From contig JBHLPW010000002.1 in the NCBI GenBank assembly GCA_048939015.1, forward strand, positions 1 through 64,000: a stretch of DNA of 64,000 bases, in the 5' to 3' direction. Of the stretch, positions 1 through 10,423 are shown piece after piece. Every line of letters starts with the position of its first letter. The stretch's first letter is position 1. Below the pieces are notes generated by a model. The model saw nothing but the letters and a program-made list of their open reading frames with translations. It was not told the origin of the DNA and did not search any database. Made by a program: the position numbers and the translations under genes. This DNA comes from Promethearchaeota archaeon (GTDB taxonomy: Archaea; Asgardarchaeota; Lokiarchaeia; Sigyniarchaeales; SOKP01).

Positions 1-235
1 GAAAAGTGTGGTGTTTTAAATACTTTTGTATGGTTGAATTTATTACCAAAGATGAACTGTATTTTGCTAATATATTGACTTTTAAATTACTTTTTATTTA
101 TCGTGTGATTCTGCATTTTTTAGCTCGAATTTAATGGTGGGTCATCATTCCCTCCACAGAATTGATAATCTTAATAATTAGTATCAAATTACTTATGATG
201 AACAACTGAAGATTATCATTTGAAGGTTTCTTTGT

Positions 236-1576
236 ATGAGAAAAAAAGTTATTATCATTGGCGCTTTAGGAATGGATTTCCATGTTTTTAACACTGTTTT
301 TAGAGATAATGAGGAATATGATGTTATTGCATTTACTATTGCGGGAGAACAAAATGTAGGTACCACTGATGAGGCTGAAAGGAAATTTCCTGCTAAATTG
401 GCAGGTAAATTGTACCCTAATGGAATTCCGATGGTCTCAGAAGAATTACTTGAGGATTATATAAAAAAGTATGAAGTAGATGAAGTAGTATTTGCGTATT
501 CTGATGTATCCCATGAGGAAGTTATGCATAAAGCATCAAGAGTTCTTTCTGCAGGGGCTAATTATAGATTGATATCTGGAAGATTTACTCAACTTAAAGC
601 TAATAAACCTGTGGTTGCAATATGTGCCGTAAGAACAGGTTGTGGTAAAAGTCAAGTTTCTCGAGCTACATATCGATATTTAAAGAATAAAGGATATAAA
701 GTCGTAGCAATTCGAGAACCAATGCCCTATGGCGATTTGGTCCAACAAAATATCATGAGATTTGAAAATTATGAGGATCTAGATAAATATGATTGTACTA
801 TTGAAGAACGTGAAGAATATGAACCATACATTAGGCAAGGACTTGTAATTTATTCTGGAGTAGATTATGAGAAAATAATTAGGGAAGCTGAGAAGGAGGC
901 TGACGTAATTATCTTTGATGGTGGAAACAATGAAATTTCTTTCTATATTACAGATTTACTTTTTGTTGTCACTGATCCTTTAAGACCAGGACATGAGGTT
1001 AAATATCATCCTGGAGAAGTAAATGCGAAATATGCTGATGTTTTTGTGATAAACAAAATGAACAGTGCTACACCAGAAGATGTAAAAATCGTCGAGAAAA
1101 ACCTAAATGAACTAAACCCAAAAGCTATTAAAGTTTATACAAATTCCGTAGTTAAAGCAGAAGATCCATTAAAACTTAAAGGTAAGAAGGTTGTCGTAGT
1201 AGAGGATGGTCCTACCTTAACTCATGGAGGTATGGCAATTGGTGCGGCGTATGTTGCTGCTAAAAACGCAGAAGCAAAAATTGTGGATCCTAGAAAATAT
1301 TTAGTAGGTTCTATGAAAGATGTTTTCGAAGATTTCCCTCAAATTACACAAATTGTACCTGCTATGGGCTACACTGATCAACAAATAGAGGATCTAGAAA
1401 AAACCATTAATAGTGTGAAGGCGGACATTATTTTGAATGGAAGTCCAATAGACCTGACCAAATTAATCAAAACAAATAAACCAATTGTGAAAGTTTCATA
1501 TGATATCGAATCAATTGGAAGTCCTACAATTGAAGACGTTCTAGATGATTTTATTGAGAAATTTCTAAAAAAATAG
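236..1576 (+). CDS. arcE: COG2403 P-loop NTPase (cyclic 2,3-diphosphoglycerate synthetase-like); probable arginine synthetase ArcE
   Basis: N-terminus VIIIGALGMDFHVFNTVFRDNEEYDVIAFT, P-loop AVRTGCGKS, TIEEREEYEP, DGGNN and EDGPTLTHGGM motifs typical of this family; OTCase and carbamate kinase occur in the same window. Confidence 0.72.
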   Translation: MRKKVIIIGALGMDFHVFNTVFRDNEEYDVIAFTIAGEQNVGTTDEAERKFPAKLAGKLYPNGIPMVSEELLEDYIKKYEVDEVVFAYSDVSHEEVMHKASRVLSAGANYRLISGRFTQLKANKPVVAICAVRTGCGKSQVSRATYRYLKNKGYKVVAIREPMPYGDLVQQNIMRFENYEDLDKYDCTIEEREEYEPYIRQGLVIYSGVDYEKIIREAEKEADVIIFDGGNNEISFYITDLLFVVTDPLRPGHEVKYHPGEVNAKYADVFVINKMNSATPEDVKIVEKNLNELNPKAIKVYTNSVVKAEDPLKLKGKKVVVVEDGPTLTHGGMAIGAAYVAAKNAEAKIVDPRKYLVGSMKDVFEDFPQITQIVPAMGYTDQQIEDLEKTINSVKADIILNGSPIDLTKLIKTNKPIVKVSYDIESIGSPTIEDVLDDFIEKFLKK

Positions 1577-1660
1577 TTACTTTTTTTGATTTAATTTTTA
1601 TTCATCTTTCTCGAGTAATGAAGGTAGAGCCAGAAATATTTGAGGATCACTCCCACAATT

Positions 1661-2932
1661 TCATCGAGTTTCTGGAAATAGAAGTACAAAATTACTTCCT
1701 TTTGTGTAATCTTCTGGAATTGTGTTTTCTACCCAGATTTTTGCCTTATATATGTCTAAAATGGTTTTAACAAGGGATAAACCTAAACCAGATCCACTGA
1801 TGCTTTTATTTTCATCGATTTCTCTTGTGAAAATATTTTTTTTAATCGAATCCGGAATTCCTATCCCATTATCAATAAATTCAGCTTTTAAAAATCCTTT
1901 TTCATTATCTTGAATGTTAGATATTCTAATAACAATTCTAACAGATATATTATCATTGTATACAATAGAGTTAAAAAGAATATTTTTAATGATATCAACT
2001 AAAAATTTATTAGCAATTACAGAAGTATTTTGTGTTAATGATTGAACTTGAATATTTAAGTCTTTTTTTCCGATTCTTAATTTAATATCTCGAATTGCTT
2101 CTTCTAAATCATTTTTAAAATCTCTTCTATTCAATAAATTTTTAGATTCTGATAAGCTATCAAAAATCCTAATATTTTTAATTAAATTTGCTAATCTCCC
2201 AATTTGGGTTTTGATCAAATATAAAAATTTATTATCAGTTAATTCTTCATAAGTTTTTAAGTCAATCTCAAATAATTCTACTGCCATTAACATATTTTGT
2301 AGAATGTTATTAGTATCATGGACAAATAGATCTTTATAAAAATTTTCTCGCTTATATGCATTTTGATACTTTTTAAGAGATTCTTCTAAATTCACTCCAG
2401 AAAACCAAGTAAAGAATGCTACTAAGACATATACAAATAAACTAATAAAATTAGGAGTGAATCCCTCAATAATCCAAATAAGAAGAATTTCCAAAATAAC
2501 TATGAATGAGACAATAAAACTTGCAAAAGGTTTTATTAAAAAACCTGCTATGACAATAGGTAATATGAATAAAAGAAGAGATCTACCTTGAACAAGTTCA
2601 TAAGGCGAGTCAGCAACCAATATTATTATGGAAATAAATATTAAAAAAATGTAAGCAGCCAATTTTTTAGATACGTAATTATTAATCATAAAGATAATTA
2701 TACATCCAATAAAGGCAATGAACAAGAGACTCACTAACAAATAGAAATCAATTGTTTCAACTATAGGAGTCCAATGAAAGAATAAAATAGAATATAGCAA
2801 TATTGCCATAATAGCTAGAAATGCAATTCCTAAAGATAAAATATTTAGAACTTTTTTTTTTCTCAACTCTTCAGGATCATTTTTATGTATCAAAAAAAAA
2901 TAATTTAATACTCTTTTTATAAATAAACGCAC
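1661..2932 (-). CDS. Membrane-bound sensor histidine kinase (about 6 TM + HisKA + HATPase_c)
   Basis: Hydrophobic N-terminal helices; H-box FVHDTNNILQ; DNGIGIP, GSGLGLSLVK and GSNF boxes. Confidence 0.88.
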   Translation of the reverse strand: MRLFIKRVLNYFFLIHKNDPEELRKKKVLNILSLGIAFLAIMAILLYSILFFHWTPIVETIDFYLLVSLLFIAFIGCIIIFMINNYVSKKLAAYIFLIFISIIILVADSPYELVQGRSLLLFILPIVIAGFLIKPFASFIVSFIVILEILLIWIIEGFTPNFISLFVYVLVAFFTWFSGVNLEESLKKYQNAYKRENFYKDLFVHDTNNILQNMLMAVELFEIDLKTYEELTDNKFLYLIKTQIGRLANLIKNIRIFDSLSESKNLLNRRDFKNDLEEAIRDIKLRIGKKDLNIQVQSLTQNTSVIANKFLVDIIKNILFNSIVYNDNISVRIVIRISNIQDNEKGFLKAEFIDNGIGIPDSIKKNIFTREIDENKSISGSGLGLSLVKTILDIYKAKIWVENTIPEDYTKGSNFVLLFPETR

Positions 2933-3302
2933 CTTTTACACACCATTTAGTAAATAAAGATCAAATAAAGAATAATACAATTCTTATATAAATTTAATTA
3001 GACTATTAAAAGATGGAACTTCAATAATGAATAAATTCATTCCCTAATTTTGGTGAAGTCATTTTAATTTTTTCTCTTTTTTATGCTTGCCTTGGAGATA
3101 AATTTGACAGAATTACAAAATTTCCTTTGATTTTATATTTAATAAGAATATAATAACTATTATCTCCTTATACTTGACTTAAAAAGGAATTTTAATGAGG
3201 AAAACAAAATTATACTAATAAAAACTTGAGGATTTTAGTAACAAGTAAATGTAAGTGCAACTCTTTCTTATACTTATTTTTGAAAATTTTCATTAACAAA
3301 TT

Positions 3303-3809
3303 TTATTTTTTAATCTTTTTCATATAATGGATATAAATTCCGAGTCCTATGAAGAAAACTCCTAAATCCATTGATAAAGCTCCAATCCAAGTACGATAAA
3401 CCCCAAGTCCTATATTTACAGCATCATCAAAAAGTAGGGGTACTCCAGTTGCATTAGGATTTATTGCACTCATTGGCCATCCAATCAAATCTAAAACCCA
3501 GTGGCTAAAAACTACTAATCCTATAATCAATGTGGTATTTAAGTTAATTATACTCCAACTTATTGATTTATTTATGTTATTTTTTTCATTCTTTATATTA
3601 TTGCGCATGGTAATGAATGCTGTTAATATCATAGCAACCACTGTCCAAATAACAGACATAAAAAGCCCATGAGAAATCCATAATGCAGATATAAATATAA
3701 AAGATAAGAGATCAATTAACATAGCACTAATTAATAAAGCCCAGAGGGGTATTTGGGGTGTAAATCGCTTTGTTGCTAAACCTATTCCAAAATGAGCTAA
3801 AGCAGGCAT
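3303..3809 (-). CDS. Membrane-bound metal-dependent hydrolase-like protein (YdjM/DUF457-like)
   Basis: AHFGIG, ISHGL and FSHWVLD His/Asp motifs within TM helices. Confidence 0.65.
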   Translation of the reverse strand: MPALAHFGIGLATKRFTPQIPLWALLISAMLIDLLSFIFISALWISHGLFMSVIWTVVAMILTAFITMRNNIKNEKNNINKSISWSIINLNTTLIIGLVVFSHWVLDLIGWPMSAINPNATGVPLLFDDAVNIGLGVYRTWIGALSMDLGVFFIGLGIYIHYMKKIKK

Positions 3810-3933
3810 ATTATTTGAATAGTTAAAATTAATAATAAAAATTGATTAGACCAATTTTTAAAAAATTCAACTTTGATTTCTACTTAATTTACGAATAATA
3901 TGAAATTTAGGCTCCCAATCCCCCTTTTGTATA

Positions 3934-4004
3934 CCAAAGATTTATAAATAGTAACTTACTTATAGTAATTGTATTACCATGGGTAAGTTAGTTACTATAA
4001 GTAA
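3934..4004 (+). promoter_or_regulatory. Archaeal promoter (TATA box tttataaa 3941-3948) followed by three palindromic TTAC-N5-GTAA operator boxes
   Basis: TTACttataGTAA 3956-3968, TTACcatggGTAA 3974-3986 and TTACtataaGTAA 3992-4004, with exact 18-bp period; boxes 1 and 3 are perfect reverse complements. Confidence 0.75.
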
Positions 4005-4040
4005 AGGTCAAATAAAATCGATAAAAAAAGGGATTTATTA

Positions 4041-4988
4041 GTGAATACCGCTATATATTATTTTTCAGGAACAGGAAATTCTCTTTTTGTAGCAAGAGAA
4101 TTACAGAAGCATATTCCAGATTCAAAACTTATACCTATTGCCGCAATTTTAAATGGGTTGTCAGATGAAATAAATGATAATATAGAAACTGTTACAGATA
4201 TTATTGGGTTTGTATTTCCTTGTCATGGATTAACAATCCCAATTCCAATAAAACAATTTTTGAAGCATCTTGATCCAAGTTCTTCTAAATATATATTTGC
4301 AGTAGTTACTCGTGGTGGAAGTGTGTTTCATGGATTTTCAGCTATAAACAAAATTCTCAATAAAAAACAACGACAATTAGATGCAAGTTTCATCATTGAT
4401 ATGTGGATGAATGATCCAAAATTGAAATTTTTTTCAATTCCCTCTAATGAAGAACTAAAAGTTATAGAATTGAATACAATAGAGAAAGTTAATTTTATTA
4501 AAGATATCATAGTAAATCAAGAGGAATATCATGATGATATAAGTGGAGATACTTTTTCACATTCTAATACACTTAACTATATTTTAGAAAAGCTTATCGC
4601 ATTTACAGTACACCACATAGCCCCAAAAGTTAAAAATTATTTCTATGTAGATTCAAAATGTATTGAATGTGGAATTTGTGAGAAAGTATGCCTTTCTCAG
4701 AAAATTCATATAGTAAATGACAGACCCATATGGCAGAATCACATCGATTGTTATTATTGTTATACATGTTTGAATTACTGTCCTACAGAGTCAATTCAAA
4801 TATACTCCAAATTCTATATGAAATCCTATACTGAAGAGAAAGGACGATATCCACATCCGTATGCGAAAGTAAAAGATATGATTAACCAGAAGAAAATTCC
4901 TTCCACGACCTTGAATCACTATAGTAAGTACTCTACTTTTGGTAATAACGAAAAACCCAATATAACAAATCAAGAAGTGGTGAATTAA
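4041..4988 (+). CDS. EFR1-family flavodoxin-ferredoxin fusion
   Basis: YYFSGTGNS flavodoxin motif; CIECGICEKVC and CYYCYTCLNYCP 4Fe-4S motifs. Confidence 0.9.
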   Translation: MNTAIYYFSGTGNSLFVARELQKHIPDSKLIPIAAILNGLSDEINDNIETVTDIIGFVFPCHGLTIPIPIKQFLKHLDPSSSKYIFAVVTRGGSVFHGFSAINKILNKKQRQLDASFIIDMWMNDPKLKFFSIPSNEELKVIELNTIEKVNFIKDIIVNQEEYHDDISGDTFSHSNTLNYILEKLIAFTVHHIAPKVKNYFYVDSKCIECGICEKVCLSQKIHIVNDRPIWQNHIDCYYCYTCLNYCPTESIQIYSKFYMKSYTEEKGRYPHPYAKVKDMINQKKIPSTTLNHYSKYSTFGNNEKPNITNQEVVN

Positions 4989-4989
4989 A

Positions 4990-5652
4990 ATTTCTAAATT
5001 AACAAGAAGAGAACGTGAGAAACTACAGCGCCGCAATGATATACTTGAAGCTGCCGAAAACAGGTTTTTTAAAAATAGTTATGATGAGGTTTCTATGGAT
5101 AAAATTGCTGAAGATTTAGAGCTATCTAAAACAACACTTTATCTGTATTTTAAGAATAAACCTTCGTTGTATTTTGCTGTTGTGACTAAGGGTGTTGTTA
5201 TTCTTAGAGATACATTTAAAGACGCTGTGAAAAACGAGACGACGGGATTAGGAAAAATAAAGAGCATAATTTTGGCTTTCTATGATTATATACAAACACA
5301 TCCAGATTATTATCGTCTTAATCTCTCAGTTAGAGTCCCTCGCTTTATGGGAATGCTTCAAAATGTTGATAATGATGGTCCTGAAATTGAAAACGCAGAG
5401 GAATATGCTCAACTAAAAAAAGAACTACTTGATATAATAGTTGAAGCTATTAAATTAGGAATTAAGGATAGTACTTTAAGAAATGATTTGGATCCCATAC
5501 AGACAGTAATGTTTATAAGTTCTGCCATTGAAGATATGGTATATCTATCTCCTGTAAATCAATTACTTTTGGAGATGAGTGGTGTTACAGCGGAAGATTA
5601 TCTTAAACACTCAATTGATTTGTTATTGCAAGGGATAGCTGCAAAAAAGTAA
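4990..5652 (+). CDS. TetR/AcrR family transcriptional regulator (N-terminus extends upstream of ATG 5095)
   Basis: HTH SMDKIAEDLELSKTTLYLYFKNK; upstream in-frame codons give SKLTRREREKLQRRNDILEAAENRF (TetR helix 1); frame is closed by TGA at 4981. Confidence 0.85.
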   Translation: MSKLTRREREKLQRRNDILEAAENRFFKNSYDEVSMDKIAEDLELSKTTLYLYFKNKPSLYFAVVTKGVVILRDTFKDAVKNETTGLGKIKSIILAFYDYIQTHPDYYRLNLSVRVPRFMGMLQNVDNDGPEIENAEEYAQLKKELLDIIVEAIKLGIKDSTLRNDLDPIQTVMFISSAIEDMVYLSPVNQLLLEMSGVTAEDYLKHSIDLLLQGIAAKK

Positions 5653-5671
5653 AGAAAAAGAGGAAAAAAAA

Positions 5672-6235
5672 ATGGAAAAAAAGAAAGTATTAATTGCATA
5701 TGGAACTCGTTATGGAGCGACAGCTAGTACAGCAGAAGAAATTGCTAAAGTTCTTCAAGATGAAGGACATGAGGTAAAGATTGTAAATCTCAAAAATGAG
5801 AAGGTCAAAGATATTTCTGAATTTGAACTGGTAATAATTGGGAGTGGAATGAAAATGGATATGTGGACAAGTAAAGCTAAAGACTTTTTAAAGAAATTTA
5901 GCAAAGACCTTAAAGAAAAAAAAGTGGCATTATTTGTGTCTTCAGGTGGGCGAGCTCTTATGGAGTACAAAGGTGAACATGAAGAAATTAGTAGAATTAC
6001 CAAAAAATATCTTGAAGATAAAGCTACTAAATATTATTTAAATCCAATCGCAATGACCATGTTTGGTGGTATCTGGGATTATAATCAGATGGGTAAAATT
6101 TATAGCAAAATCATAGATTCCGAAAAAGAAAATTTTGAACCAGCAGGTTTTAAGGAAACAGAGCCCGGAGTTTTCGATTCAAGGAATTGGGACGATATTC
6201 GTAAATGGGCTAAAGATTTAGCGAGTAAGATTTAA
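5672..6235 (+). CDS. Flavodoxin-domain protein (HemG/Flavodoxin_5-like)
   Basis: LIAYGTRYGATASTAEEIA FMN-binding loop; C-terminal DSRNWDDIRKWA. Confidence 0.85.
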   Translation: MEKKKVLIAYGTRYGATASTAEEIAKVLQDEGHEVKIVNLKNEKVKDISEFELVIIGSGMKMDMWTSKAKDFLKKFSKDLKEKKVALFVSSGGRALMEYKGEHEEISRITKKYLEDKATKYYLNPIAMTMFGGIWDYNQMGKIYSKIIDSEKENFEPAGFKETEPGVFDSRNWDDIRKWAKDLASKI

Positions 6236-6401
6236 ATTAAAACCGTTCAGATTATGTGAACTAAAAAATTTTTTTTATATCTTTTTTTAATTTCTTTTTC
6301 GATTGAGTTAAATAATATTTAATTCAGAAGTCTCATTAAATCATCCATTGTTTAAAGTGAATTTTTTATTTAAATAAGATAACCTAATAGTGTGAAAATC
6401 A

Positions 6402-8588
6402 ATGATTTTACAAGAAATAAAATATGAAATTCAAGAAGTCGAAAAAGGGTATGCAAATCGAACTTTATATATCAATCTTACAACGAATGAGATATCTATA
6501 AAACCTGTTTCTGAAGAAATGAAAGAGAAATTTATTGGAGGAAAGGGTTTTGATTTATGGCTTATGTGGAATTCAATTCCAAAAGACCGAGTAGTTGGAT
6601 GGGATGATCCTGAAAATGAAATATGTATATCATCAGGCCCGTTGGGTGGAAGTATATTTTACCCAGGTTCAGGTAAATCAATAGTAACTTCTATTTCTCC
6701 CTTGACAGGTATAATTATAGATAGCAACGTGGGTGGATATTTTGGGCCATATCTTAAATTTTCTGGATTCGATGCTATTGAGATTCAAGGAAAAGCTGAA
6801 CATCACGTGATAATAATTATAGATGGGATAGAAGGGCTAATCCATATAAAAAAAGTAGAATATTCGGATGGATTTTCAGAATACTCACATGAATTCACTC
6901 AACAATTGACAGAAAAATATGCGAAAGATGAAACAGAAAAAAGACAGATTTCGGTAGTTAGCTCTGGTCCTGCTGCTAAACACTCCAAATGGGGGATGTT
7001 GAATTTTTCTTGGTATACAACATCCCGGAAACATGCTTCCGTTAAGCAAGCTGGAAGAGGAGGTATTGGAACTGTATTTGCTAATAAAAATATCAAAGCT
7101 TTAGTTTGTCGAGCTCCCAGAGTTACAGTTAAATCTAACAATCCCGCGGATTTAGAAACTGCTCGAGAGTTGGGTCGAATTCATAGTAAAGAAATTATAG
7201 ACATTGATTCTTCACAAAATGAAATGAGAAGAGTTGGGACCGGTTATTTACCGGAGATTATGAATGTTGTGGATCTACTTCCGGTAGAAAACTTTCGGTT
7301 TGGATCTCATAAGGAAATTAAAGATAAAAATATCCCATATAATCGTGAAGAGATGCGTAAAGTATATCATGTTAAAGAAGGTACCGATGGTTGTTGGATT
7401 GGATGTACAATGAGCTGTTCACATTATACTCTTGGGCATAAAATTTTAACTGGTCCATTTAAAGGTCAAGAAGTAATTGTAGAGGGTCCTGAATATGAAA
7501 CTATTGCGGGATGTGGTTCAAATTGGGGTGTTTGGGATGTTAAATGGGTTCTTGAAGTAAATTTCTATTGCGATACTTATGGCATAGATACAATTTCGTT
7601 TGGTACGGGAATTGGGTTTGTGATGGAATGCTATGAAAAAGGAATTCTTAATAGAGAAATTACAGGAGGTCTTGAGCTAAATTTTGGAAATGCAGAAGCT
7701 GCCTTAGAACTACTTCATCAAATGGCACGAGGAGAAGGATTTGGTGTAATAGTTGGTAAAGGAATAAGAGAGATGAAGAAATATTTCGTTGAAAATTATG
7801 GTGGAGACCCTCAATTTCTTCAAGATATTGGAATGGAACATAAAGGTTTAGAATTCTCAGAATATATAACAAAAGAATCTCTTGCTCAACAAGGAGGATA
7901 TGGATTAGCCCTTAAAGGTCCTCAACATGACGAAGCTTGGTTAATTTTTGAGGATATGGTTAGAAACACTATTCCCACCTTTGAGGATAAAGCAAAAGCT
8001 TTACGCTTCTTTCCTTTTTGGAGGACCTGGTTCTCTTTAAATGGTTTGTGTAAGCTCCCCTGGAACGATGCCATTGGTCCTCAAAATAAAGAGCTTCCAG
8101 TAAAGGATCCAGATACAGGGGAACTTCTTCAAGCTAAAATACCTTATCATATTGAATGGTATGCTAAATATTTCTCAGCAGTCACAGGTAGACAATCTAC
8201 ACCAGATGATCTCATTAAAATGTCTGAGAGAGTTTATAATTTTCAGAGAATTTTTAATATAAGACTGGGACAAGGTCTTAGAGAACAAGATTCTAATTTG
8301 CCTTATAGGGCAATGGGACCAGTTACCAAGATTGAGTACGAAAGTAGAAAAGATAGATACGATGAGCAATTAAGATCAAAATTAAATGTTGATCCTAATA
8401 ATAAATCAACCGAAGAGAAAATAAAAATCCTAAGAAAGTTTAGAGAAGAACAATATTCAAAACTTCAAGATGCTGTATATCAGGAAAGAGGTTGGACAAG
8501 TGGAGGTTGTCCAACTATTGAACTTGTTAGAGAATTAGGTATTGATTATGAAGAAGTATTGAAAATTATTGAACCCTATCAAGAATAA
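6402..8588 (+). CDS. aor: Tungsten-dependent aldehyde:ferredoxin oxidoreductase family protein
   Basis: FIGGKG, DSNVGGYFG, QAGRGGIG, CxxGCxxxC, GPEYETI and CDTYGIDTIS motifs. Confidence 0.9.
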   Translation: MILQEIKYEIQEVEKGYANRTLYINLTTNEISIKPVSEEMKEKFIGGKGFDLWLMWNSIPKDRVVGWDDPENEICISSGPLGGSIFYPGSGKSIVTSISPLTGIIIDSNVGGYFGPYLKFSGFDAIEIQGKAEHHVIIIIDGIEGLIHIKKVEYSDGFSEYSHEFTQQLTEKYAKDETEKRQISVVSSGPAAKHSKWGMLNFSWYTTSRKHASVKQAGRGGIGTVFANKNIKALVCRAPRVTVKSNNPADLETARELGRIHSKEIIDIDSSQNEMRRVGTGYLPEIMNVVDLLPVENFRFGSHKEIKDKNIPYNREEMRKVYHVKEGTDGCWIGCTMSCSHYTLGHKILTGPFKGQEVIVEGPEYETIAGCGSNWGVWDVKWVLEVNFYCDTYGIDTISFGTGIGFVMECYEKGILNREITGGLELNFGNAEAALELLHQMARGEGFGVIVGKGIREMKKYFVENYGGDPQFLQDIGMEHKGLEFSEYITKESLAQQGGYGLALKGPQHDEAWLIFEDMVRNTIPTFEDKAKALRFFPFWRTWFSLNGLCKLPWNDAIGPQNKELPVKDPDTGELLQAKIPYHIEWYAKYFSAVTGRQSTPDDLIKMSERVYNFQRIFNIRLGQGLREQDSNLPYRAMGPVTKIEYESRKDRYDEQLRSKLNVDPNNKSTEEKIKILRKFREEQYSKLQDAVYQERGWTSGGCPTIELVRELGIDYEEVLKIIEPYQE

Positions 8589-8619
8589 TAAAGTAATGTA
8601 CTTACTCAAGATTTATTCC

Positions 8620-10017
8620 TTATTTATCTTTTTTTTTCCTAACCTCTACCTCTTCAAGTGATCTTACATTGAATAACCTATTTAATTCTCTATACAAAGT
8701 TTTTATCCCAAATTTGCATTTTTTGCATAATTCTCTTCTAGTAATACCATTCCTGATATCTTCTTTAAATTCTTGTTCTTTATTTAGTGGAACAATTTTT
8801 TTCAATTCTTCTGAACTGTAAACCTTTCCCCCTACAAATTTTTTTACAGCCTCCATAGAATTTAGGTTTTCATTCTCTATCACTCTTCTTATTTCTCGAA
8901 GTAGTCTATTTCTATGAGTTATACCATATTTTTTTTCTAATTGATTTCCAGATAATGTTTTAAGATCATTAATGAATTCTTGTTCCCTTTCATTTGAAAT
9001 ATATTCTTTTATTGGAGGAGAATAGAATTCTGTTTCCCTGATTTCTGCTAAAGAGTTGACTCCAAGTAATCTTTTAAGCTCTCTATAAAAAGCGGATGTC
9101 CCCAAACCGTATTTTTGTAATAATTCACGCTTTTTTAATCCTTCTATAATATCATTTTTGAATTCCTGTTCTTTTTCTAAGGGAATTCTCTTTGTTGAAT
9201 CGGAGTATAGTTTACCTCCCAAAAGTCTTTTCACATCTTCAAGAGAAGTAGCACTTTCTAATAATGGAGTATCATACTTCTTATAGATTTCTTTAATATT
9301 TCTTACCAATATTCGCCTACTCATGTGGTATTTATTCTCTAAGTTCACTCCTGATAGTAACTTGAAGTCTGTAATAAATTCTTCTTCTTGATCGGGTAAT
9401 ATCATCTTTTTAGGATTATAGACCTGGCCACCGATTGCCTTTTTTGCTTGACTAATGGTCTCAATACTATTATCCTTTAAAATTCTCCGTATTTCTCTTA
9501 ATAGAGCTCTTCGATTTTTATAAAATCCATACTTTTTTTCTAATTGTACACCAGATAATTTAATCATATCTTGTTTGAATTCCTCTTCGTTCTTAAATTG
9601 AATTTTCTTCTTTATTAGACTTTCATGCCATTTTGCTTTCTTTTGGATTTGTGATTCAGATTCATTTTTTATTTTCCAAATCGATTCAGAGTCGTCCGAA
9701 TAGATTATCTCTCCCATTGTTCCAATATTATATCCCTTATCGGGATTTGTTGCACCATAGAACTTAATCCAATATGCTTCAGCTCTAAATAAATCTTCTC
9801 TATTGAAGGCTTTATCTAATTCATCAATTTCAAAACTATTTTCTCCATATTTTGCTATTGCCATATCAATAACTAAAGGATTTTCTACTTTATTTAAGTG
9901 ATTTGCTCTCCATTTATGAGTATACCATCTTTCATTTATTGTTGATTCTGATTTTCCAATATACACTTTTCTATTAATCAAATTTGTAATGAGATAGATA
10001 TATCCAAATGGTTTCAT
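8620..10017 (-). CDS. GIY-YIG endonuclease with about five C-terminal helical (HTH-like) repeats
   Basis: GYIYLITNLINRKVYIG...ERW..H...E..WI...GYN catalytic domain; repeats of EQEFxxD...ELxKKYG...LxRExxRLL. Confidence 0.82.
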   Translation of the reverse strand: MKPFGYIYLITNLINRKVYIGKSESTINERWYTHKWRANHLNKVENPLVIDMAIAKYGENSFEIDELDKAFNREDLFRAEAYWIKFYGATNPDKGYNIGTMGEIIYSDDSESIWKIKNESESQIQKKAKWHESLIKKKIQFKNEEEFKQDMIKLSGVQLEKKYGFYKNRRALLREIRRILKDNSIETISQAKKAIGGQVYNPKKMILPDQEEEFITDFKLLSGVNLENKYHMSRRILVRNIKEIYKKYDTPLLESATSLEDVKRLLGGKLYSDSTKRIPLEKEQEFKNDIIEGLKKRELLQKYGLGTSAFYRELKRLLGVNSLAEIRETEFYSPPIKEYISNEREQEFINDLKTLSGNQLEKKYGITHRNRLLREIRRVIENENLNSMEAVKKFVGGKVYSSEELKKIVPLNKEQEFKEDIRNGITRRELCKKCKFGIKTLYRELNRLFNVRSLEEVEVRKKKDK

Positions 10018-10245
10018 ATGGAACTTTTCCTCATTTAGAAATTAAAATTTTTTTTAAACAAATTTTTTTTGAAAGATTTATTATCTATTAAAAAGTCTAT
10101 AAGTATAATTATTAATAATGAAGAGAGAATAATATTTCTAATATTAAATTTCAAGATAGAAGAATTTAGATTGGAAAATAAATAATATTCATAATACCTC
10201 ATCAATGAATATTCTTATTCTTAAAAATTTTATATGAGATTCTAG

Positions 10246-10332
10246 ATGGAAGATATTACAAAACATCCTATTTTAGACATACCAGAAAGAAAAAAGGTTA
10301 CCTTTGATTTTGATGGCAGAAGTTTACTGTGA
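10246..10332 (+). pseudogene. 28-codon remnant duplicating the 5' end of the dehydrogenase alpha-subunit gene at 12999
   Basis: MEDITKHPILDIPERKKVTFDFDGRSLL* versus MEFITKHPILDIPERKKVTFSFDGKNLI; DNA core acaaaacatcctattttagacataccagaaagaaaaaaggt is identical. Confidence 0.85.
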
Positions 10333-10423
10333 GAGAGTCACAGGTATAATATTGATAGCTATGATTAGAATTCTCATATTTCTATCATTCTAATAGAAAA
10401 TTCTTAATTTTTTACTCATTAAA

